DNA from: an uncultured bacterium
GTDB lineage: Bacteria > Hydrogenedentota > Hydrogenedentia > Hydrogenedentales > JAEUWI01
Assembly (NCBI GenBank): GCA_963977445.1
Contig: CAXBPH010000028.1
Coordinates: 1-39,447, forward strand
DNA length: 39,447 bases
Reading direction: 5' to 3'
Part shown: positions 38,239-39,447 of the stretch, piece after piece
Layout: every line of letters starts with the position of its first letter
Numbering within the stretch: position 1 is the first letter of the stretch
Notes under the pieces: model-generated
What the model was told of the DNA's origin: nothing
Seen by the model: only the letters and a program-made list of their open reading frames with translations
The model's database searches: none
Made by a program: the position numbers and the translations under genes

Positions 38239-39418
38239 CAGAATCCACCTCGCTGGTCTCATGGTCGCACAAATCGCTACGGATTTCTTCGAACACGTCT
38301 ACACTCTTTTCGAAGGCGTCAAACACGTCGGGCGCGAAATGACTTCCTTTACCTGCACTCATTTTTTCCAGCGTCAGATCCACAGAAAATGCCGACTTAT
38401 ACGCCCGCTCCGACCGGAGCGCGTCGTACACGTCCGCAATGGCGACAATTTGCCCGGACACAGGAATCTCGTTACCACGCAAGCCCTTCGGATATCCGGT
38501 ACCGTCCCATTTCTCATGGTGTGTCAATGCGATTTCCGCCGCCATGGATCGAAGGTCGAGACCCGAAGCATCATCATCATCCAGGACCTCTACAGACCGG
38601 GCGTCGTGGGGCCCGAGATATTCCATGCCCTTGGGTTTTTCCAACAGAATTGCGGCACCGATGTCACAGTGGCGCTGCATCATGTGACGTTCATCTACAG
38701 TGAGCTTACCCGACTTCAACAGAATGCCATCTGGAATGCCAATTTTTCCGATGTCGTGTAACGGGCTGGTGGCGAACAGGGCCTCTGTAAAGGCCGCATC
38801 CATTCGTAACGCGGTGGACAAAGCCCGGCTGCATGCGGCAACCCGCAACACATGCTCCCCCGTATCTTCGTCCCGAAATTCACCTGCCTTCGCCAGACGC
38901 CAGATTATGTCCAGTCGCGAATACTCAAGGGCCAGGGTTCGTTCGCATACTCTGTGTTCCAGAATCTCGTTCTGGTTGCGCAACTGGTCTTCATAGTCCT
39001 TGATCTTGGTTACGTTGCGGAGACGGGCCGTCAGGTCTTCCATGCCTACTGGCTTGTTCAACAAGTCGGTCGCCCCACAGTCCAGGGCCTTGCGCTTCAA
39101 ATCGCTTTCCGCGTTTCCGGTAAGGATGATGACTGGAATGTCCCGCGTTTTTTCATTCGATTTCAGGGCCGCCAGCAAATCGAATCCCGTCTTTTCCGGC
39201 ATGTTCACATCGGACACGATCGTGTCGAAGGCGACTTGGTCACACAACGCTAACGCGCTGTCCACGCTTTCAGCGAAATGGAGATCCCACTGGTCGCGGT
39301 AACCACGCAACATGCGACGAAGCCCTGCGAGAAAGTTTGGCTCATCATCGACAAAAAGAATTTTCTTGCGCTGATCGGTGGCCACAGTCGTATTCGGGGC
39401 GCTGGGAACAGAGGTCAC
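38216..39418 (-). CDS. REC + HD-GYP cyclic di-GMP phosphodiesterase (RpfG-like)
   Basis: ILFVDDE, RDEDTGEHV, LHDIGKIG, HHEKWDGTGYP, ADVYDAL. Confidence 0.92.
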   Translation of the reverse strand: MTSVPSAPNTTVATDQRKKILFVDDEPNFLAGLRRMLRGYRDQWDLHFAESVDSALALCDQVAFDTIVSDVNMPEKTGFDLLAALKSNEKTRDIPVIILTGNAESDLKRKALDCGATDLLNKPVGMEDLTARLRNVTKIKDYEDQLRNQNEILEHRVCERTLALEYSRLDIIWRLAKAGEFRDEDTGEHVLRVAACSRALSTALRMDAAFTEALFATSPLHDIGKIGIPDGILLKSGKLTVDERHMMQRHCDIGAAILLEKPKGMEYLGPHDARSVEVLDDDDASGLDLRSMAAEIALTHHEKWDGTGYPKGLRGNEIPVSGQIVAIADVYDALRSERAYKSAFSVDLTLEKMSAGKGSHFAPDVFDAFEKSVDVFEEIRSDLCDHETSEVDSDETHSFR

Positions 39419-39447
39419 GCCTTTTTGTCTCCCGAAGATTGTACGCG

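Noticed and set aside
1..39447. CRISPR arrays, tRNA/rRNA genes, IS elements, prophage
   Set aside because: No spaced direct repeats, cloverleaf-like sequences, or transposase/integrase/phage motifs recognised by eye. Short RNA genes could have been missed.

Overview
A GC-rich, gene-dense bacterial chromosomal segment with about 26 credible CDSs. I could not recognise any rRNA, tRNA, CRISPR array or mobile element. The left part is mostly housekeeping/metabolic: comM (truncated by the window edge and absent from the ORF track), a sulfatase, ettA, a NUDIX hydrolase, an acyltransferase, a Tat-exported Gfo/Idh/MocA oxidoreductase, a CHASE-GGDEF cyclase and an HGSNAT-like membrane protein. The centre and right hold a dispersed type IV pilus locus: a minus-strand cluster [PilB-N-terminal/DnaA fusion]-pilB-pilT-pilS-pilR with no pilC, a second PilT/PilU ATPase with an extra N-terminal domain, and a pilin gene with a near-consensus sigma-54 promoter. 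Several probable envelope-modification genes (UPF0104-sulfatase-like fusion, TM-ankyrin-AlgX/J fusion, Maf/DUF115-like) and signalling genes (REC-HDOD, REC-HD-GYP, Ser/Thr kinase) are interspersed. The standout is the 793-aa first gene of the pilB cluster. It joins a PilB/GspE N-terminal (MshEN-like) domain through a long repetitive linker to a DnaA AAA+ domain with intact ATPase motifs but no DNA-binding domain IV, a candidate link between pilus machinery and a DnaA-type ATPase. All family assignments come from motifs read by eye; no searches were run.
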